The translations under genes and the position numbers were made by a program. A DNA stretch of 64,000 bases, from the NCBI RefSeq assembly GCF_009914755.1, contig NC_060926.1; one strand, 5' to 3'. This stretch comes from the human T2T-CHM13v2.0 reference genome, Homo sapiens. The notes beneath the pieces are model-generated. The model worked only from the letters and a program-made list of their open reading frames with translations. It ran no database searches and was not told the origin of the DNA. This document shows positions 1 through 13,280 of the stretch, in pieces; the stretch's first letter is position 1, and every line of letters begins with the position of its first letter.

Positions 1-580
1 AGCACTATCCATCTAATCAGTTATGTGTAGGTATCACAGGCTTCCCCCTCCTCAGAAAAGGAATGTATTTTCAGAAAAATCAAGAACTATATTTTCCCAT
101 CTGTGTCTTCATTTCAAAGGACTACTGTAATTTTTTTCAGACATCCTAATTGTTATATATATTTTCTCTCCATTTGGTGCCTCTTTGAAAGAAGGCATAT
201 TCAACAAGAGTCATCAAGTGAGAGAATTTATATGAGCAAATTATCTAAATTCAGCAATCCAGTCCTACATGCAAATGAGAAGTGGAAAGAATGAACAAAA
301 TCACACCTTTCAAATTCAAAAGATCCATGAGACAATATGTCTCATATCAGAATTTTAATCCTACCATTACTCTCTCTATTCATGCTCGGGTAATTTGGCT
401 TTTCCTCTCTCCTTCTTTCTGTAATATTCAGTTGATCCCTTTCATTTCCTCTATTGTGCCTTACCAAGATGGCAAATCCAATGTTCTATTTCTATAAGAT
501 AAAATTCACTCCTCACTCTTCAACAAGCTCTATCAACATTTTACTCAATCCAAAATGCTCTTCAGAAAACCATATATTAG

Positions 581-891
<311 letters not shown>

Positions 892-1468
892 TTAGATAGC
901 CACCATAAAAGAAAGGGACATACTGATTGGAGTTTTGATTTACTGTCCTATTTATTTTTACTGCACAAAGGAAACACTTATTCCTTCCTGTTTTGCATTT
1001 CAGAAGAAAATTCGGGATGGTCCAAATGACAGACTCCAAAATGATTCTGGATATTATGGGCTAAATCTGTAACAATAACACACAACAAACTGAGGACTGA
1101 AAATATAGCTAATAAAGAACTATACTTATTAATCCAATCATCTGCTGTGTCAAGACTGGGTTAGAATAAGGAGTGGATCTGAAAGGAAAATGAAAATACC
1201 CAGGACATCAGAAAATCAAGGGTAAATGAAAAACAAACAAACAAACAATAATTCCCAGGGAATCTTGGAATCACAGAGGATTAGTGGGTGGGGCCTGGGG
1301 AGAATGAAAAAGGATGGGAACCTAACTCCATTTTGAGTGACAATCCGGTCTACTATTCATGACATTTTGTAATGATGCCACTTCTAATTCAAGAGTGAGG
1401 TGATATTACTGCTCCTGACCCTGAAGTCATGATTCATGAGGCTACGGAACAGTTGTTTTTACATAAAA

Positions 1469-1640
1469 CAATAAGATCAATGTCCTTATATAAGACACAC
1501 CAAATCTGTGGCTTCAATGTTAGAAATTTATTTCCTTACAATTCTGGAAGCTGGTATGTCCAAGATCAAGGTGACAGCAGATTTGGTTTCTACTGGGGGA
1601 CCCCTTCCTGTCTTCTTGCAGGCAGCTGTCCTCTTGTGCA
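1469..1640 (-). mobile_element. MLT1 LTR fragment; locally duplicated, mostly inverted copy of the adjacent LTR
   Basis: 1504-1639 is the reverse complement of 1895-2029. 1469-1504 is a direct copy of 1801-1836. Confidence 0.8.
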
Positions 1641-1680
1641 TCTTTGTTTCTCAGATTTTAAAGGAACTACTCAAAGAATC

Positions 1681-1839
1681 TGTTATAGACTGGATGTGTC
1701 TTCCCCAAATTCATATGTTGAAGTCTTAAAACCTAGGGCAGCTGTGTCTGGAGACAGACACTTTAAGGATAAATGAAATCATAAAGGTGTGACCCCAATC
1801 CAATAGGATCAATGTCCTTATATAAGACACACCAAAGAG

Positions 1840-1884
<45 letters not shown>

Positions 1885-2099
1885 AGGTGAGAAAGCACAA
1901 GAAGGCAGCTGCCTGCAAGAAGCCAGGAAGAGGTCCCCCAGCAGAAACCGAATCTGCCATCACCTTGATCATTGACATCCCAGCTTCTAGAATTTAAGAA
2001 AATAAATTTCTAACTTTGAAGCCACAGATGGGGTTACACATCACAATTCTGGAAGCGGGGATTGTGGGATTTGTTCTGTTGGCCGAGCTGACTAACGCA
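1681..2099 (+). mobile_element. MLT1A/B-type MaLR solo LTR with internal (CT)n
   Basis: tgttatagactggatgtgtc..aaattcatatgttgaagtc start; caccttgatc..cagcttctagaat..aataaatttc; ends gctgactaacgca. Confidence 0.85.
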
Positions 2100-2136
2100 G
2101 AACCAGAACATTCCAACTCTATATTCCAAGGAAGGT

Positions 2137-2162
2137 AAAAAAAAAAAAAAAAAAAAAAAAAA
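2137..2162 (+). repeat. A26 homopolymer
   Basis: Seen directly. Confidence 0.95.
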
Positions 2163-3879
2163 GTTGAGGAAAATAAAAAGTACCCAAAAACTCTTAACTA
2201 AAATTTGGATTAGAATAAAATATCCTCAAATCAGAGGGACCTTCCTAGAATAAGCAATGCCGTGAGTTTTAAAGGATGAAAAAGGGTTCAGTTAAGCAAA
2301 GATGAAAAAGAAAGTCAAGCCATGAAACAGTGGCGCATGAAGAAGACATACAGGTGAAAAGATCATAATGGTGCAGAAATGCAAGGAGTTGGAGAAGGAA
2401 AAGATTTCAAACTAAAGGGGAGGTGGGATGAGGTCATTGGGGGCAGATCAAATGCCTACAAATTATTTCAAAATTTGCAATATACATATCTAATGAAAAT
2501 CCTCCTTTAAAATTTGCTCCCTGTATGTGCCTCATCAGAATTGCTTATTTGGAACTAAGAGCGCTCATTAGGAAATACAGTATTTCCACATTGTTTCTAT
2601 TATTTTAAAAGGATAACATGAGTTGACCTTTCTCCCAATTTTTCTATTCATTTTATGAGACAAACAAGTCTTGGCACAGAGGAAGGTGAGGTTCAGACTT
2701 TTTCTATGCAGTTCTTTCAACAGACATCAAAAACTCTCTCTATATTAAAACATATTATATATAGGAGTGTAGGGAGGGTGCAAACCACAATATAAAATAA
2801 AGCTCAAGTTAATTTATTCTTAGTCTGGAAAGTTGACCAAACTTCTGATTCTGGATTTTTTATTTTCAAAAAATATAGTCTGTGGCAATGATTTCCAATA
2901 ATTGTGTTATTTTAACACATGAAAACAAATAGACCACAATGCTCTATTAAGGATCAAACAAACAAAAAATGTCTCATATATTTATCTAGAGGAATGGCTC
3001 CTTCTTCAAGCAATAGGTGTGCTTATTTTCTTGATTAAAAAAATAAAGTAAAATATTTAGCAGTATTTTATGTATGCTAAGAAACGCATTTGCACATTTT
3101 GAGATCTCTGCATTTGAGAGGATTTAAAAATTAACGACTGGTCAGGCAGCAGTCAGGATGCAGGTGTCATTTCCTCAGAAAGCCTAAAATTAGTCATAGT
3201 TGTTCATATGGTCTTCAAATCAATTGAGTTATGTGCATTATTAATACTACATGTGTTATGCTTTATTGATCCTTAAAATATCTTCAAAAAGATGACCCTG
3301 ATTCAGCATGGAAACAAAAATGTATATGAACATAAAAGTATGGCAAAAAAGCAGATTGATATTTGATTAAAATAAATTCATGGCAAGATAGCAGAAAAGT
3401 TCCTTTGTAATGGGTGAATAAAAGTTTCAAAACATGTATTAACTAACCAAATCATTTAACTATTAATTTTCTGATTTTAAAATAATTGCTGATTTTATAT
3501 GTCTATTTTGGCAGCATCAGAATTGTATTATAATATAGACATATGGTTAGGGTCATTTTCTGTGTTTTTTTTTTAAGAGCAATTACGTATAGTAAGATCC
3601 ATTTTCTAAGTTTCAAACATGGTCTCAGAACACTGTAACATTGACAATATTTCTTGGGTTTGCATGAAGAAACAATGCAAGCGATGAAATGATAGTTTAA
3701 CCTGTGGATCATGTTGGTAAATAAAATCAGGTTGCTAAATGAAAAAAATATTTGTTTCTACTTTCTTTAAAATTAATATGGTTGTATAAAATAAAATTGT
3801 TAATGCTATGTTTTAGGGTATATAATATATGGAGATATAGTGCATATATAAACAGTGAGATGAAGAATGGCACATGAGT

Positions 3880-5930
3880 GTTGAATAGGCCTAGGTTGAA
3901 AGGTTTCTGCATTTATGTAGAGTGATAAAATATTAATTCTAAGTAGGCTGTGAAAAAAATTAAGGATGTATGTCTTAATCCTTATAACAACCAGTAAAAA
4001 ATGTCAAAAGGAACAGAAAAAAAGTCAAAAATAAAATAATTTCTAATTTATTAAAGAGAAGAAGACAAGAGAGGTGAACAAAGTGAAGAAAAAACAGTGA
4101 GATCAAACAGAAAACAAGTACTTCTTTTGAGTTAAATCTAAACACAACACTAATTATGATAAATTTTAATAAACTAAAAACTCCATTTGAAAGTCAAAGA
4201 TTATCAAATGGATAAAAAACAAGATTCACCTGTGTGTTGTCTACAAGAAGTATAAAGAAAGCACAGATATACAGAAACTCTAAGCAAATTAATAGAAAAA
4301 ATATATATTATGCAAACAGTAAGCATAAGAAGATTGGAATGGTTACGTTAATATGAGACAAAATAGGCTGCAAGATAAAGAGTATTACCAGATAAAGAGG
4401 GGGCATTTCAGAATCACAAAAAGAGGTCAATTCATCAGGAAGAAATAGCAATAATAAATATTTATATTTCTAACAGCCTCAAAATACATGAAGCAAAATT
4501 GACAAAATGAAAGGGAAAAATAACAACTTCTAAACCACGGGAATGTATTTTAATGCCTCTTTCTCTCAACTATTAATGAAACAATCTACCAAAAAGTATA
4601 TAAGACATAGAGCATCTGAAGACCACTCACAAATGCTTAATCTCATTGATATTTATAAAATATAATATGCAAAATCTTTATAATACACATTTTATACAAG
4701 TGCACATGATATGTTCACCAAGAAGTTGGAACATAAAATAAGTCTCAATTAATTTATAATGATGAAAGTCACATAAATTATCTCCTCCGATCATAATGGT
4801 TATTAAAGTAGGAATAAATGATAGTAAGATGTTTAGGAAACTACCAAATATTTGAAAATTAAATAATAATTGGTAAAATAAATCTATAATAAATAATCAA
4901 TAAATCTATTGGTAAAAGAAAAGCATCACAAAGGCAAATAGAAAGTATTTCAAGCTGAATAATAGTAAAGACATATTATCTAAAACTTTTGGGGATACAC
5001 ATAAAATAATGCTTAGAAGTAAAATTTTTGTTTTATTTAAACAAAAAAAGTTTAAAGTCAAAAACCCAAGGTTCTACTCCATAAAAATAAAAATGAATCT
5101 AACAACTAGAAGAAAGACAATGAAGAAAATCAACGTTTTTAAAAGCTGGTTCTTTGAAAATAGTCAACAAAATTCATAAACAACAAGCTGAACCCATCAA
5201 CAGAAAACAGAGGACAAAAATCACTAGTAATAGGAATTAAAGAGGAGTTGTCCATACAAGATCCTACAGATTAAAACAATAATAAGAGAATGTTATGAAA
5301 AATTTTGCCAACATATTAGTAATTTATAAGAAAATGATATATGGAGTTGTAAAGAAGAAATTCATATCCTACATAATTCTGTATCTACTACAGAAATTGA
5401 ATACACTAACCCACAAAGAAAACTCTAGGCTTAGATGATTTTACTGGTAAATTCTACCAAATATTTAAGGATGAAATAACACTAATTCTAAGCAAACTCT
5501 TTCAGAAAATAGAGAGGCAGGGGAATATTTTTTAGGGAATTTTATAAGGACAACATTACCAAAACTAGACAAGACCTTAGAAATAAATAAGTCTACAGAT
5601 CACCAGCATCATTTATAAACATAGGCATAAACACTCATGACAATGAATTAGCAAATCAAATACAGCAATGTATATTTATAAAAAATGATAGTACATAAAC
5701 TAAGATCTAGTACATAGACTAGGTGGGATTTATCTCAAGAAGCAAATGTTAAAGCAGTTTAAAAACCAATCTAATTTATCATAATAATAGAATAGAGGAG
5801 AAAAGCCCTGTGATCAACTTAATAGAAGCAGTAGCATCAATTAAAAATTCATTATGTCTCAGAAAAGTAGTAGTTAATAGTAACTTCCTCATTCTGATCA
5901 AAGAAATCCTCAAAAAACTTACACAGGCAC
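3880..5930 (+). mobile_element. Old L1M (L1MC/ME-type) fragment covering the ORF2 endonuclease-to-RT region, decayed
   Basis: aaatggataaaaaacaagattcacctgtgtgttgtctacaagaa resembles WIKKQDPxxCCLQE. Also aaaagctggttctttgaaaa and tttactggtaaattctaccaaatatttaagg. Confidence 0.85.
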
Positions 5931-6030
5931 AGAAACACCATCACAGAGTTGCTATAGTAACATCTTTTTGAATTGAAATACTAACGACAGAGATATAACA
6001 CTTGAAACAGACTCCAAGTGTTCATTTAGT

Positions 6031-6410
6031 TCGTATTAGTTTGTTCTCACACTGCCATAAAAGAATACCTGAGACTGGGTAATTTATAAAGGAAAAAGGT
6101 TTAATTGACTCAAAGTTCTGCAAGGCTGGGGAGACCTCAGGAAACTTACAATCATAGTGAAATGCAAAGGGGAAGCAAGCTTGGACCTTCTCATATGATG
6201 GCGGGAGAAAGAAGAATGACAGCAAAGGGGGGAGAGACCGTTATAAAACCATCAGATCTTGTGAGAACTCACTCACTATCACGAGAACAGCATGGGGGAA
6301 ACTCCCCCTGAGCTAATCACCTCCCACCAGGTCTCACCCTAGACACATGGGGATTATGGAGATTATAATTCAAGATGAGATTTAGGTAGGAACACAGCCA
6401 AACCATATCA
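6031..6410 (-). mobile_element. THE1 (THE1D-like) solo LTR
   Basis: gtattagtttgttctcacactgc..gagactgggtaatttataaagg..cacagccaaaccatatca. Confidence 0.9.
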
Positions 6411-6509
6411 CCATACCTCAGAGTTTTACTTTGTGCACTATATTATGTTAGTCTACTCTTGAGCTAACAATTCAAGTAGCAAATATGCTACCTCTGTGTA
6501 TTCTTAACT

Positions 6510-6680
6510 TCAAGTACCTTAACTTCAAATGCCTACCCGCTACTTTTCCTCATCTGTACAATGGGAATAATAATAACATTCATCTCATGACGTTTTTATA
6601 AGGATGAGATGAGTTAACTTACCTGAGATGTTTAGAATAGCACTTGGTGTACAGTAAGTGCTTTGTGTGTTGTTTATTAT
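6510..6680 (+). mobile_element. MIR
   Basis: Core ttcctcatctgtacaatgggaataataata..cagtaagtgct. Confidence 0.8.
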
Positions 6681-7139
6681 AAAATATACAATAACTATCA
6701 CATGAAACTGTTAATTGCTTATCATATCACAGAACTTGGATAAGAACCCCACAGAGTATCTGTCAGTCAGATTGTTGATGTTTACTGTCTCCTAACTGAC
6801 ATTATCTTGTTGAGATTTTTCTCCACTTATACTGATGTCATTTAAAATGACTACCTTTATTTTTTGTAATATGGGAATCTCCCTAGTAAACTTTAGTGTC
6901 ACCACTTCATATATTCATAATATTTACATTTAGTTGGTTCCAATCTGTCTGAGTTGTAAAAAATCATTTTTGTGGAACTCAATATAATAGTCGGCATACT
7001 TTCAACAGTAGTTGATTGAGAATATTTCATAATGACAACAAACAAGTTTTGAATATAAATGAATTTTGATAAATTATTCATCAAATTATGAGTATTTGAA
7101 TAATGGAAGAGCACTGGGCTATTGTAAGTGCTCACCCAT

Positions 7140-7285
7140 GTCATACAATAAGTATACGATGTAAGGATTTTTATCAGGATCTTGTAGATGAGAAAAAGAA
7201 ACTAAGAGAGCTTGAGTCATGTCTGGAGTCTCACTGCTAGTGAGGTTATAAATTCAAACTCAGGTCTGCTTGATTCCAGATACAT
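7140..7285 (-). mobile_element. MIR fragment
   Basis: gtagatgagaaaa..actaagagag..attcaaactcaggtctgcttgattcc. Confidence 0.65.
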
Positions 7286-8132
7286 TAATAGGTTGTTTCT
7301 CATAGTAATGTGTCAGACATATTACTCAGTAAGTTTACAGCCAAGACATGCTGCCTGTGTAGCACCTGGACAATAACTGAATTCCCCAGGTGCCTGTGTC
7401 ACAAACCCTGAGAACTGGTGTTTTACACCACTCAGCACTGCATGCTTTATCTGGCTATGAATTACCCATCACATTTCTACAATAACACACATGGCTCCCA
7501 CTTCATTGACTTCCTGCAGCTTGGCAAAAGTGATCCCTGAAAGCCTGCTTACCTCTTCAACTTTTGATAAAACTAGAATACATCCTTCTGAGCTGGCATG
7601 ATTACTTACTTTTTGTTTCTTCACAGCAGGTTTCATAACATATCTTGTAACACCCCAGTTCATTATGTATTTTGCTTGGAAATTAATTGCATCTTAGCAG
7701 CAGGTCCATCCTTCACCATTGATTATTTCTCTCCCTCTACTTTTTTGGGATTTTTGTTCCAGTCATATTTGTCTTTAACTAATATTTTTATTTTTAAAAA
7801 ATTTCTGTTATGTAAACACAACTTGACAATCAGAAATGCACACTTACATTCTCAGCTTGACAGTATGCCGCATATGCTTTAAGTATAGGACTTTCTTTTC
7901 CTTTTCAAATTAGAAACACGTAATTTTACTTAAAAAGTAGTGCAAGTAACAAATACAAAAGAATTTAATCTAGAAAACATAAGCTCTATTACCTTTCACT
8001 GTCACTTCTATAATAGGTAAATGCACATTGAAATTTGGATATTATCAAATTGCCATCTTAAGAGTTTATATCTATTTCACTAACACCTACAACAAATGAA
8101 CTTGCCAGTTTCCACATACACTAACTGTATGA

Positions 8133-8426
<294 letters not shown>

Positions 8427-8572
8427 CTCTACATTTAAAATAGGAAGTTTGTGACACAGATAATTGAAGAGTTGAGAAACCAAACCAAGTGTGGTCAAGT
8501 GATTCTGGGATTTACTAATTAGAAGGCTTACTGTTAGAAGGCTACTGCTATTACTCCTATGTGGTATGAATT

Positions 8573-8792
8573 TATGGTATGTCAAGCTGGGGATTAAGGT
8601 GGGTACATGCGGAGTGATAGCCTTGGTAAGAGGAGAATTTTGTCATTGACATTATTTAGAATTGCTAGCACATAGATATAATAAAAACAGACTGGTTGTT
8701 AGTTTCAATATGATTTTAAATTATCTTCCGACAAGGTACTCCCTTATAGCCCACACCTACTGCTCCAATGTTTTGCATTGGGTATGACACTG
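8573..8792 (-). mobile_element. MER97-like hAT DNA transposon
   Basis: The reverse complement reads cagtgtcatacc..ataagggagtac..tctgtttttattat..gcaattctaaataatgtcaatgacaaaattctcctc, matching the MER97 5' end as I recall it. Confidence 0.6.
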
Positions 8793-9129
8793 GTGGAGGG
8801 ACAGTGGGAGGATGAGGTCTTACCAGAGCCAGGAAGCTGAATGTATCAGCTAGAAACAAAGCCAAGGAAGCAGTGTTGCTGGCCACAGCCACTACACTAC
8901 AAAGAGGGAGGTAAGAAATAACCTGACTTACTCTTTTGGTTCAACCTGCAGTCTTCCACCAGTTCATTACTTTGTCAAAAGCGGCTGGAAGGCAATGGAT
9001 ATTAGCTGCTGGGTAATGTGCTCTGTAAGCGCCAGCCCTCCTACCATGAAGAACACAGAAGAGAATTAGCAAAAACTGGAGTGAAGAGTACATAGGCAAA
9101 TAACCAGCACACTCCAGACTCTAGAAATC

Positions 9130-9720
9130 ACCAAGTGTGTCAATATTTTCCACTCTAGCAGAGAAATAAACATCATTGTTTTCCTGTGATTGGTAGTTGG
9201 GTCAAGTGATTTTAAATGTCCATTGCTCATTTGTTGTCCTTTTTTTTCTGAATTGCCAGCTTATGTAATTAGTAAATTTTTATATTGGGTTATGTGTAAA
9301 TCTTTTAAAAAATTTCTTCAGTAGAACTTCTTTATCCATTTTTGATAATAACTCTCGTTCATATTTGTAACAATGAACCCCATTTTGCCTTTCGCTTTTG
9401 TGTCATATGCTATTCAGAAGTTTTAAATTTTATTTTGTCGTGTGTGTCAATCTTTGTTATTATGTCATTCTTTGGAAGGTCTCCTGTAACCCAATATTAC
9501 AAAAACTGTCTTCTTATATTATTTTTATATTTTGATGGCTTTATTGTTCCTGTTTAATTTTTTAGTTCTTGTAAAATAGATTGGGGACTGTGGTAGTTAA
9601 AGATTGAAATTAATTTTTGTTTTCTAACAACATAAAGTTTTCTCAACATGACTTATTAAGTAATCTATTATTTCCTCACGTATGAAATATTACCATTGCC
9701 ATACTTAAAATGTGTTTTAA
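9130..9720 (-). mobile_element. Old L1 (L1ME-type) ORF2 3' fragment
   Basis: T-rich antisense L1 motifs (cagaagtttttaaattttat, tttctcaacatgacttattaagtaatctatt). Confidence 0.6.
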
Positions 9721-10075
9721 AGAGTAATCTTAAACATAATTAAACAAAACTGAAACTTAAACTTGATTGCCTATTTTTATGAAGGTAGTAGCTTTAATCT
9801 TTGGGGGGATTAAAAATAATTACAAATAAGCCAGCATGGCTTGAATATAACAATGGTACCTGATTTCACAATACCATTTCTGATAAACTGGCTAATGTTT
9901 TTGTCATTGCCTTTGGTTGCTTTGTCTGTCTTCTTTCTAATTTTTGCATAACTGACCAAAAGCTATGTTAGTGATTCCCTGTGGCTCAAATATAAGTAAA
10001 ATACCATTTTGTTCTAGAAAATATATGTTAAACAAATGTTCAAAATTCCTGTGGTGATTTAAAAGATATTCTCAG

Positions 10076-12258
10076 CAGCTAACATGGTAGTCGATGAGAA
10101 AAAACTAAAAGCTTTTCTCTATAATCAAGAAGATGGGAGGCTCACTTTTGGCACTTCTATTGAACATAATACTTAAAGTCCTAGCCAGAAAAATTAGGCA
10201 AGAAAGTTCAGTAAAAGCCATCCAGATTGTAAAGGAAGATGCAAAAGTTTTTCTATTCACAGATAGCATGATCCTATATGTAGAAGACCTTAAAGATTCT
10301 ACATACACACAAAACCAAACCAAAATAAAAAATTCTGTCAGAACTAATAAATGAATTCAATAAATTTGTAAGCTGAAAAATAAGTACACAAAAATTGTGT
10401 TTTTATACAGTAACAATGAACAATCCAAAAAGGAAATTAAGAAAACAATTCCATATACACTGCAAAAAAATGTTCTTGAATCCCTATGGAATCTCAAGAG
10501 ACATCAAAGAGCCTAAACAATAATAAAAAGGAGCAACTCTGGAGGCCCCACACTTTCTTATTTCAAAACATATTTCAAAGGTACATTGATCAAAACCATA
10601 TAGCACTGGCATAAAGACAGACATATAAACCAATGGAACTGAATAGACAGCCCAGAAATAAATCCTCACATATATAGTAAAATGATTTTCAATAGGGTGC
10701 CAAAGACCACTCAATGGGGAAATGACAGTCTCCTAAAAAAAAAAAAAGGTGCTGGAAAAACTGTATAACCATGCAAAAGAATGAAGTTGGACCTTTATCT
10801 TATATCATATACAAAAATTAACTCAAAATGGATCAAAGACCTAAACATAAGATCTAAAACCACAAAACTCATAGAAGAAAACATAGGTAAAACCTTCATG
10901 CAATTGGATTTGGCAATGATTTATTGGGTATGACATTAAAAGCACAGGCAACAATTAAAAAATAAATAAATAGAATCACATCAAAATTTAAAACTTTTGT
11001 GCACCGAGGGATACAATCGACAGAATGAAAAAGCAATCCACAGAATGGAAGAACATACTTTCAAATAATATACCTGATAAAGAATTGATATCCAGAATAC
11101 ATAAAGAACTCCTACAACAACAAAACTAACAACCAATTTTAAAATGGACAAAAAAGTTAATAGATATTTCTCCAAATAAAATATATAAATAGCCAAAAGC
11201 ATATAAAAAGATGTTCAACATCAGTGATCATTAGGGAAATATAAATTAAAGCCGAATGAGATACTACCCCCTATCTATTAGGATGACTACTATTAAAAAA
11301 CTACAGGAAATAAGTGTTGGTGAGGAGATGAACAAATTAGAATTCTTCACTACTGTTGGTGGGAACGTAAAGCAGTATAGTAACTATGGAAAGCAGTATA
11401 ATAGTTTCTAAAAAATAAAAATAAAAATAGGCTGGGCACGGTGGCTCACACCTGTAATCCCAGCACTCTGGGAAGCTAAGACAGATGGATTACGAGGTCA
11501 AGAGATCAAGACCATCCTTGCTAACATGCTGAAACCCCGTCTCTACTAAAAATACAAAAATTAGCTGACATGGCAGTGAGTGCCTATAGTCCTAACTACT
11601 CAGGTGGCTGAGACAGAAGAATTGCTTGAATCTGGGAGGCAGAGGCTGCAGTGAGCTGAGATTGTACCACTGCAGTCCAGCCTGGGCAACAGAGCGAGAC
11701 TCCGTGTCAAAAAGAAAAAAATCAAAAATAGAATTACCATATGATTCATCATTTCCACTCCTTAAAGAAATATTTGTACACCCATGTTCATAAAGTATTA
11801 TTCACAGTAGTCAAAAGGTGGAAACAACTCAAGTGTCCATCAATAGATGAATGAATAAACAAAATGTGGCACATAATGACAATGGCACATTACACAATGT
11901 TAAAAAGAAAGGAAACTTTGACACATATTACAGCATGTATGAACCTTGAGGATATACTAAGTGCAATAAGCCAGTCACTAAAGGATAAATATTGTATGAT
12001 TCCACTTATATGAGATACATAGAGCAGTCAAATTCATAGAAACAGGAAGATAATGGTAGTTCCAGGGGTGGGGTAATGGGGAATTATTGTTTAATGGGTA
12101 CCGCATTTCCGTTTTAAAAGATGAAAAATGTTCTGAAGATGGTTGGTGGTGATGGTTTCATAATGGTGTCAATTTACTTAATGCCACTGAATTGTACTCT
12201 TAAAAATGATTAAGATGGTCAACTTTATGTTACATGTTACATGTGTTGCCACAACTTA
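10076..12258 (+). mobile_element. L1MB-type element, 5'-truncated, ORF2 3' half plus 3'UTR
   Basis: acagatagcatgatcctatatgtagaa (RT FTDDM-like); cagaaataaatcctcacatatatag; 3'UTR aatgccactgaattgtactcttaaaaatgattaagatgg. Confidence 0.9.
11430..11720 (+). mobile_element. AluSc-like, inserted in L1MB
   Basis: gattacgaggtcaagagatcaagaccatcc diagnostic; aaaaatag flanks on both sides. Confidence 0.9.
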
Positions 12259-13146
12259 AAACATATTTGAGGGAATAATTGAGGAAAATTTCCCCAGCCT
12301 TGCTAGGGACCTAGACATCCAAATACAAGAAGCTCAAAGAACACTTGAGAAATTCATCACAAAAATATCATAGCCTAGGCACAGCATCATCAGGTTATCT
12401 AAAGTCAAGATGAAGGAGAGAATCTGAAGAGCTGTGAGACAAAAGCATCAGGTAACCTATAAAGAAAAACCTATCAGATTAACAGCAGATTTCTCAGCAG
12501 AAACCCTACAAGCTAGAAGAGTTTGGGGTCCTATCTTTAGCCTCCATAAACAAAGTAATTATCACCCAAGAATTTTGTATCCAGTGAAATTAAGCTTCAT
12601 AAATGAAGGAAAGATATAGTTTTTTTCAGACAAGAAAATTATGAGAGAATTCACCACTACCAAGACAGCACTGCAAGAACTGCTAAAAAGAGCTCTAAAT
12701 CTTGAAACAAATCCTCAAAATACATGAAAATAGAATTTCCTTAAAGCATAAATCTCACAGGACCTATGTAACAGCAATACAATCAAAGAAAACCAAGGTA
12801 TTTGGGCAACAAATAGCACAATAAATAGAATAGTACCTCATATCTCGATACTAACATTGAATGCAAATGGCCTAAATGCTCCCCTTAAAAGATACAGAAT
12901 AGCAGAATGGATAAGAGTTCACCAACCAAGTATCTGCTGTCTTCAAGAGACTCACTTGAAACATAAGAACTCACATAACCTTAAGGTAAAGGGATAGAAA
13001 AAGACATTTCATGCAAATGGACACCAACAGCAAGCAGGAGTTAGTTGTATCAGACAAAATAAACTTTAAAGCAATAGCAGTTAAAAAATACAAAGAAGGA
13101 AATTATATAATGATAAAAGGACTAGTCTGACAGGAAAACATCACAA

Positions 13147-13280
<134 letters not shown>

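Noticed and set aside
328-346. Hairpin atgagaca-ata-tgtctcat
   Set aside because: The stem is only 8 bp, which is a chance-level match.
981-1072. Strong-looking acceptor ttccttcctgttttgcatttcag followed by a 22-codon frame
   Set aside because: There is no good donor and no recognisable peptide; such sites are expected by chance.
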